DNA of 58,940 nt, the filler included, from Sphacelaria rigidula (taxonomy: Eukaryota): NCBI GenBank assembly GCA_964200075.2. It is 10 parts of 10 records of this genome, joined end to end, with 100 filler letters (N's around TTAATTAATTAA, not from the genome) between each part and the next. Parts side by side here need not be neighbours in the genome. Positions count along the whole stretch, not along the records: positions 35,427 to 41,230 come from CAXNAA020024344.1; positions 41,331 to 47,134 come from CAXNAA020024345.1; positions 47,235 to 53,037 come from CAXNAA020024346.1; 7 more parts are not named here. One strand, given 5' to 3'. Below are positions 37,327 through 50,726 of the stretch, in pieces; position 1 is the first letter of the stretch; each line of letters opens with the position of its first letter. Below the pieces are notes generated by a model. The model was given only the letters and a program-made list of their open reading frames with translations. It searched no databases and was not told the origin of the DNA. Both the position numbers and the translations under genes were made by a program.

Positions 37327-38877
37327 GTGAGTGCTGCACAGACTAGGAAGTTGGTGTGGCCTTCGATTGGGAGCTGCCGTTTCGTTTCTGCTTTCGGCTT
37401 TCGAGCGCCGTAAGGCCACTTCTTAGAGAGATGTAGATTTCTTTTTGCTCGATCGGCTTTTAAAAATATATATATTCTTCTCGTTGGCGCAGGTATCATC
37501 TGTCGATTTTCTGCGCTTTCATGCCGCTGTACCACAGCTCGCATCCTCGCAACCCGAAAACTCTCTGACAGAACGTACCAACACACATACTGTACTGGAG
37601 CAGTAGATCAAGTCTTGGGGCATGGCTCGCGGACCATGACCATCATGCTGCTGTCGTTGATGACGGGCATCAAGTGTTTTCACATCGTTCGTGCCCCGAT
37701 CGGACATTTCGGAAGTATCCAGCTGAGGGACAGATGATGTGGAAACTTGACCCCTGTCGTCATCTACGGCAACATGGCGGGTAAGGATCCACGCCATCCC
37801 TCAAGATTTGATAGTCTGCGCCTGTACGTGTGTCGGTAAGTCATGCAAGAGCACTGACTGCCCCAACGGTCGCTCTGGCGGGAGTTGTGAGTTGTACGGG
37901 TGTGGGATATGGCACAGCGGCATGAAAACATGGATACAAAAGTCTATACATGGACCAATGGAATTTTCGGGGGAGGGGGAGGAGCGAAGAGAGAAATCCA
38001 ATCAAGAGAAAAAAATCTACATCCCTGTAAGAAGTGACCATAGATTTAGGAGATGACTTCGTACAACTTGGGTCACCCCGTAGCGTGCAGGGACGGGCGT
38101 ATACGGTAGAACATTATGCATTGCGCTTCTTTACCTGGTGTCATAGCACGCGCCACTCCCTTGCTGCAAGTAATTTAAAGTCCCATTGGTTGTGAGTACA
38201 CAGGTGAATACTGCATTTTCTACTCCCTTTTTTTCCCCCCTTCAAGGGGGGAAGAAACCCGACCCAACACTTAACCCGCGAACGGCTTCGTGTACCGATC
38301 ACCCGGACGCTCGGCTAGACCGCCTCACGTCAGTCATGTGGGGTAGGTAGGCGCCTCGAGCGTTCGCAAGCCTTGCTCAAGGCAGTGTGGGGGTCCGACC
38401 CACTGAAACCCCCCGAGCAATGCTACGGTGGGGGTGCAGTTTTTGCGCAAAGTCTTGTCTGGTTCAAGGGTTTCTAATGATTTGTAGATGCACCATAATA
38501 TGATTCAGGGTACAATATCCCCGTTTGCAAATTCATTTGAGAGAATCCCTGGCACATTGGAATCGTAATCCTGGCGTACTCTCAGATATTTCGAAAGTCG
38601 TGTTTTGGATGAGATAAAGGGCTCCTAACAAGTCTAACCTCCGAAAATATTTTTGTGCACCCCTACCGTAGCATCGCTCCCCTGTCGACTTGGCGCAGTG
38701 CTCGCGCCGCCCTACTCTTGTGACCTCCGACCCTGGTACATTTTTTACTGTCTCGCTGGCCGGTGAATCCACGTAAACAATAGAAAATTTACCACTCGCT
38801 GATTAGTACGAAGAAGCCCTTACGGTTGCGTACCCGCGTACCGTATCTATATGTACATATGTTTTGTGTGCGTATAG

Positions 38878-39028
38878 GGAAGAGGGTATTCGTACTCACG
38901 TACAGCGAACCCTACGGTTACAGCCCTGGAAGCCAAAGTGGCGGGCCTGGAGGGAGCAGCAGGAGCATGCTGTTTTGCGACCGGCATGGCGGCGATGGTG
39001 ACTGTCATGACGACATTTCTCAAAGCCG
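38878..39028 (+). CDS. Cys/Met-metabolism PLP enzyme, next exon
   Basis: YSYSRTANPTVTALEAKVAGLEGA....FATGMAA; TAG/GTGAGT splice sites; in phase with the previous exon. Confidence 0.94.
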
Positions 39029-40663
39029 GTGAGTTTGTCCTTGTGAGGGGTGGTAACCTCTTCCCGGGTAACGTCAGAATCTACGTTGGGAGCCGAGGAA
39101 TAGAGGCTTACGCTGGCATCAGCTCTTCTACTTTTCGCGTTGTAACCTGTACAACAGTGAACCAACTGCAAGTTTAAATGGGACAGTTTTCACGGCGTTC
39201 TGCGGCAGACGGCACTCCGCAGAAAATAAACATGGCGTTTTTTTTCCATGTCGCCGCCTCCGGTGCAGTGTCAGGTTTTATATTGACAATTGCTGTGTGT
39301 CAGTCTCGCTCAATGCTCCGCCCATCCTTTTTTTTGCTCCTTCATTTTTTTCTGCCCTTTGAAAAACGCCTCCGTTGTTTCTCCGGCCATTTCTGATCAA
39401 AAACAAAAAAAATCCGCACGACAAAACGTTTTTTTCGGCCACGCTTTTACTCTTTATTTTCTTCTTTTTTTTCGTCTTTCCGTCGTTGGCCACACGAAAA
39501 GAGCTTTTTTACTTGTTTGCAAGCATCAGTGACGACTTTTTTGTTTGGCTAAAATAGAAATAGAGTGCCGTAAACGTCGAAAAGTGCAGTTGCTTTTCGT
39601 TCGTCGTATAAGCTGAACGAAAGTGCCTTCCTTCGTCTTTCGACAGCGCCGTCATTGAGCCATAGCTCAAAACACTGGTTCCTTCGTCAGCACACATCGC
39701 CCCGCACCGATAATCATGGATACGCAAGAGACACCACATCCGCGGCGACTGCTGTGCACCGCCGCATTTTTGGCAACGATTTTCCTGGTTTTGAGCTGTT
39801 GAAGAAGCTGTGAGACTTCGCCTGCCAATTCCTTGTGCGCGGCATGGACTCGAAGGCAAGGCAGTGCTGCCGCGTTGGACAGCGCAGTACACAATAATCA
39901 CGGCACGTTTGAACATCCTGCTGTCAATCTTTCGCAGCCGGAGACAGCAGCTGTACCGTTTGTACCGGGTGTTTGCGTCGGCGCAGATTGCCGTTGCTCC
40001 CGGAGAAGCAGTGGAAATATTTCAGTTGAAACGCGCCTTTTGGGTCCGTGTGGCTGAGCAGGGACCAGGCTCGAAGCTGTTGCAGCGTATGCGCTGGAAC
40101 TGTCTGTACCTGTCGCTGGGCTGCACAGGCACAAGGTGGTGCCTAGACTTCTGTTTTTGATTGATTGAAGGATTGATTGATTGATTGATTGTCGCACATT
40201 AACTGGTCCCCGAGAGAGACCCAGCTGTGGTCATTATCCACAAGATGGTTGATGTACCCAAGGCGGACAAAACGGGGGGAAGAAGGTAGAAACAACGAGA
40301 AAGTGTAGAACTGAGAAAGAAGGAATCGAAACACACAAGAACAAGAACGAAAGAGAACATACCAGGAAGGAAAGGGAGAGGAACGGCGAACAAGTAGGAA
40401 AAATAAATAGAAGAAAGAAAAATGAAAGAGAATAGAAAGATAGACCTGAAAACGCTCGGCCCCTGCAGCTTGGCTTCAGGTGAAAAAAGGCTGTACGCAA
40501 GAAGCACAGGCACTCATACACAGAATAAATGAAGAGGCCGTGGGACCAAATCGTGGCTCAACTATTTCGGACCTACTGTCTGCGCATGAGTCACCCATGA
40601 ACCTTACGGAAGCAAGGAATCAAACTGTTTTACTGCTGAATGACACGGAGAGTAAAATATATC

Positions 40664-40665
<2 letters not shown>

Positions 40666-40732
<67 letters not shown>
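40666..40732. repeat. (GA)n microsatellite
   Basis: Directly visible. Confidence 0.97.
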
Positions 40733-40736
<4 letters not shown>

Positions 40737-41419
40737 ATATGGAGAGAGACTGAGGGAACAGACAACAAGGAAACTTTTTTTCCCTCTCATATGCCAAGCA
40801 ACCAGCACATTCTCACGTACCATCCGTTTTGCCCTGAATAAACACAAATCCCGTCCGCTGCTGTGACCCATCATTCGATACACAGCTGAAATGTGGCAAG
40901 CGTTCACATATATTATTAATAGTAGCTGCTCCACGTAGCCCTTTCCAGCAACGTTAGCCTTCATATCTAAGAGTTGTCGTGACTGTGTGTCACTAGCTAT
41001 CGAGTTTTTCGCCACTGGCACACGTTTTCTGCCGCACAATACGTACTGCTTTCTTGGTTTTTTTTTTGGGGGGGGAGGGGTGTATACAATTCCATCGCTC
41101 GATGAAGAAAGAGACTGGGCCCATAACGTGCACAATCGAGAATAGATGTACTTCCCCCCCCCCCCCCCCACCCCCCCCCCACCAAAACACAAACACAACC
41201 CACCCCCCCACACCACGCCACACACCACCANNNNNNNNNNNNNNNNNNNNNNNNNNNNNNNNNNNNNNNNNNNNTTAATTAATTAANNNNNNNNNNNNNN
41301 NNNNNNNNNNNNNNNNNNNNNNNNNNNNNNAAAACGACGTAAAAGCTCCAAAAAGACATTTTTCCGGGTTTTTATTTTTGTCTATTATAGGAAGCGGCCT
41401 GAATACTTTTTCCTTCTAG

Positions 41420-44400
41420 CCCAGAGGTTGCACACGCCCACACATCACCGATCGTGTACAGCATGCTGCCGACTGCAACACCTCGCTTGGTGATCACTCG
41501 CTGAAGTCACCTCCTCAGCTCCGCCAGCGCCCGTGCTACCAACAAGCTGTTGTCAAGCGCTTGTACCAACGACAACGGCAGCACACGCGCGATGTGAAGG
41601 TTCCAGTCTACGCGGCGACAAAACCTTCGGACGGGAAAAACATCGCACGCTTTGCTTTGCTCACGGATGTTTTTTTCCTCACGTTCAGCAATTGCACACG
41701 CCCGCGCATCATCGATCGTGTACAACATGGTGCCGACTGAAACACCTTGCTTGGTGGTCGCTCACTCGAGCCACATCCTCTGCTCCGCCAGCGCCAGTGC
41801 CACCAAGAAGCTGTTGTCAAGCGCTGGTACCAATGACAACAGCAGCACAAGCGCGATATAAAGGTTCGTTTCTACGCGCCGACAAAAAATCCAAAGGTGA
41901 AAAAATATCTCTTTCTTCTTTTCGCCCATGGATACTTTTTCAACCTCGCCCAGCGATTGCACACGCCCACGCATCAAACATCGTGTACGGCATGATGCCG
42001 AGTGCTACACCTTGCTCGGTGATCGCCCGTTGGAGCCACCTTCTCTGCTCCCCGAGCGCCCGTGCTACCAACAAGCTGTTGTCAAGCGCTTGTACCAACG
42101 ACAACAGCAGCACACCCGCGATATAAAGGTTCCGTTCTACGCGGCGACAAAACGTTCGGACGGGAAAAAACATCGTTCGCTCCTTTTCGCCCACGGATCG
42201 TTTCTTCACCACGCCCAGCGATTGCACACATCCACGCATCAGCGCTCGTGTACAGCATGCTGCCGATTGCTACACCTTGCTGGGTAATCACTCGCTAGAG
42301 CCACCTCCTCCGCTCCGCCAGCGCCCGTGGTATCAACGAGCTGTTGTCAAGCGCTGGTACCAACGACAACAGCAGCACACGCGCGATGTGAAGGTTCCGT
42401 TCTACGCGCCGACAAAAACTCCAAAGGTGAAAAAAAAGCGCTTGCTTCTTTTCGCCCATGTATACGTTTTCCTTCTCGCCGAGCGATTGCACACGCCCAC
42501 GCATCATCGATCGTGCACAGCATGCTGCCGACTGCAACACCTCACTTGGTAATCGCTCGCTGGAGCCACCTCCTCAGCACAGCCAGCGCCCGTGCTACCA
42601 ACAAGCTGTTGTCAAGCGCTCGTACCAACGACAACAGCAGCACACCCGCGATATAAAGGTTCTGTTCTACGCGGCGACAAAACGTTCGGACGGGAAAAAC
42701 ATCGTTCGCTCCTTTTCGCCCACGGATCGTTTCTTCACCACGCCCAGCGATTGCACACATCCACGCATCAGCGCTCGTGTACAACATGGTGCGATTGCAA
42801 CACCTTGCTTGGTGATCGCTCACTCGAGCCACCTCCTCTGCTCCGCCAGCGCCCGTGCTATCAACAAGCCGTTGTCAAGCGCTGGTACCAACGACAACAG
42901 CAGCACATCCGCGATGTGAAGGTTCCGTTTTACACGGCGACAAAAACCTCAAACGGGACAAAAATATCGCTCGCTTCTTTTCGCCCATGGATACATTTCT
43001 CCCCTTGCCCAGCGATGGCACACGCCCACGCATCATCGATCGTGTACAGCATGCTGCCGACTGCAACACCTCGCTTGGTAATCGCTCGCTAGAGCCACCT
43101 CCTCAGCACAGCCAGCGCCCGTGCTACCAACAAGCTGTTGTCAAGCGCTCGTACCAACGACAACAGCAGCACACCCGCGATATAAAGGTTCCGTTCCACG
43201 CGGCGACGAAACGTTCGGACGGGAAAAAACATCGTTCGCTCCTTTTCGCCCACGGATCGTTTCTTCACCACGCCCAGCGATTGCACACATCCACGCATCA
43301 GCGCTCGTGTACAGCATGCTGCCGACTGCAAAACCTTGCTTGGTGATCGCTTACTCGAGCCACCCCCTCTGCTCAGCCAGTGCCCGTGCTATCAACAAGC
43401 TGTTGACAAGCGCTGGTACCAACGACAACAGCAGCATACGCGCGATGTGTGGATTTCGTTTTACACGGCGACAAAAACCTCAAACGGGACAAAAATATCG
43501 CTCGCTTCTTTTCGCCTATGGATACTTTTCTCCCCTTGCCCAGCGATGGCACACGCCCACGCATCAAAGATCGTGTACAGCATGCTGCCGACTGCTACAC
43601 CTTGCTTGGTGATCGCTCAGGCCACCTCCTCAGCACAGTCAGCGCCCGTGCTACCAACAAGCTGTTGTCAAGCGCTCGTACCAACGACCACAGCAGCACA
43701 CCCGCGATATAAAGGTTCCGTTCTACGCGGCGACAAAACGTTCGGACGAGAAAAAACATCGCTCGCTCCTTTTTGCCCACGGATCGTTTCTTCACCACGC
43801 CCAGCGATGGCACACATCCCCGCACCAGCGCTCGTGTACAGCATGCTGCCGATTGCAACACCTTGCTGGGTAATCGCTCGCTAGAGCCACCTCCTCTGCT
43901 CAGCCAGTGCCCGTGCTACCAACAAGCCGTTGTCAAGCGCTGGTACCAACGACAACAGCAGCATACGCGCGATGTGCGGATTTCGTTGTACGCGCCGACG
44001 AAAAATCCGAAGGTGGAGACATGTCGCTTGCTTCTTTTTGCCCATGGACACTTTCGCCCCCTTGCCCAGCGATGGCACACATCCACGCATCAGCGCTCGT
44101 GTACAGCATGCTGCTGACTGCAACACCTTGCTTGGTGATCGCTCGCTGGAGCCACCTCCTTTGCTCCGCCAGCGCCCGTGCTACCAACAAGCTGTTGTCA
44201 AGCGCTGGTACCGACGACAACAGCAGCACACCCGCGATAAAAAGGTTCCGTTCTACACGGCGACAAAACGTTCGGGCGAGAAAAAACATCGCTCGCTCCT
44301 TTTTGCCCACGGATCGTTTCTTCACCACGCCCAGCGATGGCACACATCCACGCATCATCGATCGTGTACAACATGCTGCCGACCGCGACACCTTGCTTGG

Positions 44401-47134
44401 TAATCGCTCGCTGGAGCCACCTCCTCTGCTCCGCCAGCGCCCGTGCTATCAACAAGCTGTTGTCAAGCGCTGGTACCAACGACAACGGCAGCACACCCGC
44501 GATATAAAGGTTCCGTTCTACACGGCGACAAAACGTTCGGGCGAGAAAAAACATCGCTCGCTCCTTTTCGCCCACGGATCGTTTCTTCACCACGCCCAGC
44601 GATGGCACACATCCACGCATCATCGATCGTGTACAACATGCTGCCGATCGCTACACCTTGCTTGGTAATCGCTCGCTGGAGCCACCCCCTCAGCTCCGCC
44701 AGCGCCTGTGCTACCAACGAGCTGTTGACAAGCGCTGGTACCAACGACAACGGCAGCACACGCGCGATGTGAAGGTTCCGTTTTACGCGCCGACAAAACT
44801 TCCAAACTGGACAAAAATATCGCTCGCTTCTCTTCGCCCATGGATACTTTTGACCCCCCGCTGAGCGATGGCACACGCCCACGCATCATCGATCGTGTAC
44901 AGCATGCCGCCGACTGCTACACCTTGCTTGGTCATCGCTCGTTAGAGCCACCTGCTCAGCTCCGCCAGCGCCCGTGCTACCAACAAGCTGTTGTCAAGCG
45001 CTCGTACCAACGACCACAGCAGCACACCCGCGATATAAAGGTTCCATCCTACGCGGCGACAAAACGTTCGGACGAGAAAAAACATCGCTCGCTCCTTTTT
45101 GCCCACGGATCGATTTTTCACCACGCCCAGCGATGGCACACATCCACGCATCATCGATCGTGTACAACATGCTGCCGACTGCAACACCTTGCTTGGTGAT
45201 CGCTCACTTGAGCCACCTCCTCAGCACCGCCAGCGCCCGTGGTATCAACAAGCTGTTGTCAAGCGCTGGTACCAACGACAACGGCAGCACACGCGCGATG
45301 TGAACGTTTGGTTGTACCCGCCGACGAAAATCCAAAGGTGAAAAATTAGCCCTTGCTTCTTTCAGCCCATGGATACGTTTTCCTCCTCGCCCAGCGATTG
45401 CACAAGCCCACGCATCACCGATCGTGTACAGCATGCTGCCGACTACAACACCTTGCTTGGTGCTCGCTCGCTAGAGCCACCTCCTCAGCTCAGCCGGTGC
45501 CCGTGCTACCACCAAGCTGTTGTCAAGCGCTGGAACCAACGACAACGGCAGCACACGCGCGATGTGCGGATTTCGTTCTACGCGCCGACGAAAAATCCGA
45601 ACGTGAAGATATATCACTTGCTTATTTTCGTTCATGGATACCTTTTACTTCTCGCCGAGCGATTGCACACGCCCACGCGTCAAACATCGTGTACAGCATG
45701 TTGCCGACTGTGACACCTTGCTTGGTGATCCCTCGCTAGAGCCACCCCCTCTGCTCCGCCAGCGCCCGTGCTACCAACAAGCTGGTGTCAAGCGCTCGTA
45801 CCGACGACAACAGCAGCACACCCGCGATATAAAGGTTCCGTTCTACGCGGCGACAAAACGTTCGGAAGGAAAAAACATCGCTCGCTTCTTTTTGCCCACG
45901 GATCGATTTTTCACCACGCCCAGCGATTGCACACATCCACGCATCAGCGCTCGTGTACAGCATGCTGCCGATTGCTACACCTTGCTGGGTAATCGCTCGC
46001 TAAAGCCACCTCCTCTGCTCCGCCAGCGCCCGTGCTACCAACAAGCTGTTGTCAAGCGCTGGTACCAACGACAACAGCAGCACACGCGCGATGTGAGGAT
46101 TTTGCTCTACGGGCCGACAAATCTCCAAAGGTGAAAAATTAGCCCTTACTTCTTTCAGCCCATGGATTCGTTTTCCTCCTCGCCCAGCAATTGCACACGC
46201 CAACGCATCATCGATCGTGTACAGCATGCTGCCGACTGCAACACCTTGCTTGGTGCTCGCTCGCTAGAGCCACTTCCTCAGCTCAGCCGGTGCCCGTGCT
46301 ACCACCAAGCTGTTGTCAAGCGCTGGAACCAACGACCACAGCAGCACACACGCGATATGAACGTTCGGTTCTACGCGGCGACGAAATTTGAGCACGTGAA
46401 AAAGATCGCTTGCTCTTCTTAGCCCACGGATCGGTTCTCCATCACGCGCAGCGATTGCACACAACCACGCATCAAACATCGTGTACAGCATGCTGCCGAC
46501 TGCAATCCCTTGCTTGGTGATCGCTCGCTGGAGCCACCTCCTCTGCTCCGCCAGCGCCCGTGCTACCAACAAGCTGTTGTCAACCGCCACTACCAACGAC
46601 AACGGCAGCACACGCGCGATGTGAAGGTTACGTCGTACGCGGCGATGGAATTAAAACATGTGGAGGAATATCGCTTGCACTTTTGAGCGCACGGATCGGT
46701 CCTCCATCACGCCCAGCGATTGCACATGCCAACACATCATCGATCGTGTACAGCATGCTGCCGACTGCAACACCTTGCTTGGTGATCGCTCGTTGGAGCC
46801 GCCTCCTCTGCTCCGCCAGCGCCCGTGCTACCAACAAGCTGTTGTCAAGCGCTGGTACCAACGACAACAGCAGCACACGCGCGATGTGAGGATTTTGCTC
46901 TACGGGCCGACAAATCTCCAAAGGTGAAAAATTAGCCCTTACTTCTATCAGCCCATGGATTCGTTTTCCCCCTCGCCCAGCGATTGCACACATCCACGCA
47001 TCAGCGCTCGTGTACAGCATGCTGCCGATTGCTACACCTTGCTGGGTAATCGCTCGCTGGAGCCACCTCCTCTGCTCCGCCAGCGCCCGTGCTACCAACA
47101 AGCTGTTGTCAAGCGCTGGTACCAACGACAACAG
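41420..47134 (+). repeat. Satellite array, ~265-bp unit, ~22 copies, with alternating monomer types
   Basis: TGCTACCAACAAGCTGTTGTCAAGCGC recurs about every 262-266 bp from 41534 to 47090. Confidence 0.97.
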
Positions 47135-47234
47135 NNNNNNNNNNNNNNNNNNNNNNNNNNNNNNNNNNNNNNNNNNNNTTAATTAATTAANNNNNNNNNN
47201 NNNNNNNNNNNNNNNNNNNNNNNNNNNNNNNNNN

Positions 47235-47373
47235 AATAATGCCCATCGATATTGCCTGACACCGTTTGAAACCAAATACGAGCGCACCCCAAGTGTGGAA
47301 GGGTGTCTCACACACTTATGAGCCTCTTTTTTCGTGCAACCAAATCCCCCCCCCCCCTATCGTAGGATGACTC
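47235..47373. mobile_element. Truncated Sola-like MITE copy in the opposite orientation
   Basis: Reverse-complement match to ~47551-47690. Confidence 0.8.
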
Positions 47374-50015
47374 TTCTTTTTTCTCGAACCTACGATTACA
47401 CAGCTCAGCCATGGACGTAAAACAGAAATGATAACTCTCCTTTTTCTTGAACCTACTTTAGCACAGATATAGATATGAAAAGACGAAGTTACCCATCCTT
47501 TTCCTCCACCCTGCCATTACAAAGCACAGACGAAGATACGGAATGACGAAGAGTCATCCTACGATAGGAGGGGGGTTATTTGGTTGCACGAAAAAAGAGG
47601 CTCATAAATGTTTCAGACATTCTTCCACACTTGCGTTGCGCTTGTATTTGGTTCCAAACGGTGTCAGACAGTATGAATGAACGATATTGATCCACAACAA
47701 GCTTGTACGAACAACCGTTGCTGCTTTCAACGACGATTTGACTCGAAATTTCGAGCAACAAATGACCCAAAATACCCCCTCCCCCCTATCGTAGGATGAC
47801 TCCGAAGCTGACCGTCATCGCTTCTTGAACCTACCATTACATAGCGCGGATATAGACATGAATTAAAGGAGTTAACCATCATATTCTCTAACCTCCCATA
47901 CCACAGCCCGAACGTAGACATGAACTGAAGAAGCTAACCATCCCTTTTGTCTAACCTACCAAAACACAGCCGGGACGGAGACATGGACTCACGAAACCAA
48001 CCATCCCTCTTCCTCAACCCACCATAACACAGCCCGGAGATAGATATCATGTAAGAAAGCTAACCATCCCTTCTTTGACCTATAATCACTCATCCCAGAC
48101 ATAGACATGGTATTGAAAGGCTAACAATCCTTTTTCTCTAATCTACGATTACACAGCCCGCACACAGACATGAAATAGAGAAGCCAACCCTCCTTTTCCC
48201 GAATCTACCATAATACCGCCCAGAAATATACCTGATGAATATATGTTGACTATCGTTTTCTTCAAGCGACTATAACACAGCGCAGGCACAGGCATGGAGT
48301 AACGAAGATGACGATTCTTTTTCCGGAACCGAGCAAACCACAGCCCAGACATGGACATGAAATACGAAGCTACCCATTCTATTTCTCCACCTACCATTAC
48401 ACAGCGCAGACGATGATATGGAAAGACGAAGCTGATCGTCATCTCCTCTTTGACCTACCATTACACGAGGCGGACATAGACATGAACTAAAGGAAATGAA
48501 CATCTTTTCCTCCAACCTACCATAACACAGCCCAAACTTAAATATGAACTTGAGAAGATTTTCATCCTTGTTCTCTAACTTACCACAACACAGCCTGGAC
48601 GTAGGCATGAAATAGAGAAGTCAACCATCCTTTTTCTTGGACCTACCACAACACAGCCGGGACAAAGACATGGAAAAACGAAGCGAACCATCCCTCTTCC
48701 TCAACCTACCATAACACAGCCGCGACATAGACATGGAGTAAGGAACCTAACCATCCCTACTGTAACTTACCACCTCTCAGCCCGGACATGGACATGAAAT
48801 AACGAAGTGAACCGTCTTTTCGATTCCATCTACCATGGCACAGCCCGGGCATGGAAATGGAATAAAAACACTAGCCATCCTTTTTCAATAACCTACCATA
48901 ACACAACCCGGATGAAGACGGGTAATAGAGACGCTAACCATCGTTTTCCCGTAAGCTACTATAACACACCCCAGGCATACACATGAAACGAAAGAGCTGA
49001 CCATCCTTTATCTCCAAGCTAACATGACACAGCACGGACACACGAAGTAAAGCAGTAATCGATCCCTTTCCTTCAACTTACAATAACACAGCCCACACAT
49101 GAAGATGGAATGACGAAGTCGAGCGCCCCCTTCCTCTATCCTACCGTATCACAGCTCGGATACAGACATGATATATCGAAGTGAAGCATCCTTTTCCTCA
49201 AACCTACCTTAACACAGCCCAGGCTTATCCACCAAGTACAGCAGCAAATCATCATTTTCCTCTAACTTACCAAAACACAGCACAGACATAGACATGAAGT
49301 TGAAAAGCAAGCCATCCTTATCCTTGAACCTACCACAGCCCGGACATAGACATGAAGTGATAAAGCCAACCATCCCTCTTCCTCAACCTACCATAACACA
49401 GTCGAGGCATAAACATCAAGAATAAAAACCTAACCATCCCTTCTTGAACCTACCATCTCTCAGCCCAGCCATAGGCATGAAATATGCTTCCACCTACCGT
49501 AACACAGCCTGGACATGGGCATGAAATAAAAACGCTAACAATCGTTTTTCTCTAACCTACCATAACACAGCCCGGGCATAGACATGGAATAGAGAAGCTA
49601 GCTATCCTCTATCTGCAACCTACTATAACACAGCCCAGGCATATACATGACATATATAAGTTGACTATCCTTTTCGTCAAGCGACTATAACACAGTCCGG
49701 ACATAGACATGAAATAACAAAGTTGATCATCTTTTTTCTTTATCCTACGATTACACATCCCAGACATCGATATGAAATAACAAAGCTACGCCTCCCTCTC
49801 CCCTAACCTACTACAACACAGGTCAGGCATAGACATGAAATAACAAAGCTACGCATCCCTTTTCTCGAGCCTACTACAACACAACCCAAACAAAGATTGA
49901 GAATGACGAAGCTGGCCATCCCTTTTCTCCAACCTGATGTAACACAGCACGGACACACATGAAGTAATGAACACAACCATCCTTTTCCTGACACCCACCA
50001 CAACACAGCCCATAT
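47374..50015 (+). repeat. ~62-bp satellite (~38 units) with ~685-bp higher-order period
   Basis: Unit ~GACATAGACATGAAATAACGAAGCTAACCATCCTTTTTCTTGAACCTACCATAACACAGCCC; variant CCATCCCTCTTCCTCAACC at 48001, 48688, 49370. Confidence 0.95.
47551..47802. mobile_element. Sola-like MITE, 252 bp, with 4-bp TSD (CGAA)
   Basis: TIR GAGTCATCCTACGATAGG...CCTATCGTAGGATGACTC flanked by CGAA on both sides, inside a satellite monomer. Confidence 0.85.
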
Positions 50016-50240
50016 GTACATGTATCATTTCATATTTTTCAACACGTTTGCCGAGTTTCCTCTGGCGGCAGGGCATCTTATCACGCGCTCTAATTAGCAG
50101 TGCACGAAGAAGGCGCAGCGGTACCTTACCTTTCAGGTTTGGGTATCATCTGATACCTGTGGCGCGTGTTCTGGCCATCGGAAGTCGCCCAAACTGGCTC
50201 TTTTTCGCGGGATGTCAATCCCAAACCACAAAAGCCTCAT
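50016..50240 (+). repeat. ~220-bp module duplicated at ~51506-51725
   Basis: Shared TTTGCCGAGTTT..CT..GGCGGCAGGGCAT and TCATCTGATACCTGTGGCGCGTGTTCTGG. Confidence 0.88.
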
Positions 50241-50501
50241 GACGTTTATGGAAACCTCCAAGCAGCAGGATGCTTTTTGCCGGGGTATTTTTCCCCTATG
50301 TTTCTCTTTGTCGTTTAGGAGCACGAGCACACCGGTTATGCCGCCAATGTCACGAGAACATGAAAGCAATTCACTTAGAAACAATTGAACATTGCCTTGA
50401 TTGCCTTATTGGCCTTAGTCAGCAGCAAACACAAGACTGTGCAATGAGCCGTTGACGAGTTGAACAAGGCACACACATGGGCAAACGTCCCCACTGTGGA
50501 T

Positions 50502-50726
50502 CACCTGTGTAGGACCGCAGCGAAGGGGGGTGTAATTTAGAGGACCGCATCATAATTTAGATACATCTATAGTTAGAGCTACCGTTAGAGTTAGTTTTGG
50601 GGTTGGAGTCAGGAGCGTGATCCCTGCAGGGACTGGCCCAATTGATTTTGAAAAACGTCGATCCTGAGGTGTTTTGGACAACGATATGGTCCTCTCAGCA
50701 CGCGGTCCTCTCACGCATTACAGGTG
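50502..50726. mobile_element. Possible MITE with CACCTGT...ACAGGTG ends
   Basis: Short TIR plus internal inverted AGGACCGC/GCGGTCCT motifs. Confidence 0.45.

Noticed and set aside
29849..39028. Cluster of two PLP-dependent enzymes (LCB1 and a cystathionine-family enzyme)
   Set aside because: They are on different contigs joined by an artificial linker.
41420..47134. CRISPR-like array (constant repeat plus variable spacer)
   Set aside because: Units are ~265 bp, the variable parts are homologous to each other, no cas gene is present and the context is eukaryotic.
41507..47182. Many overlapping ORFs in the satellite
   Set aside because: Unit lengths shift frame and stops are scattered; these are repeat by-products.
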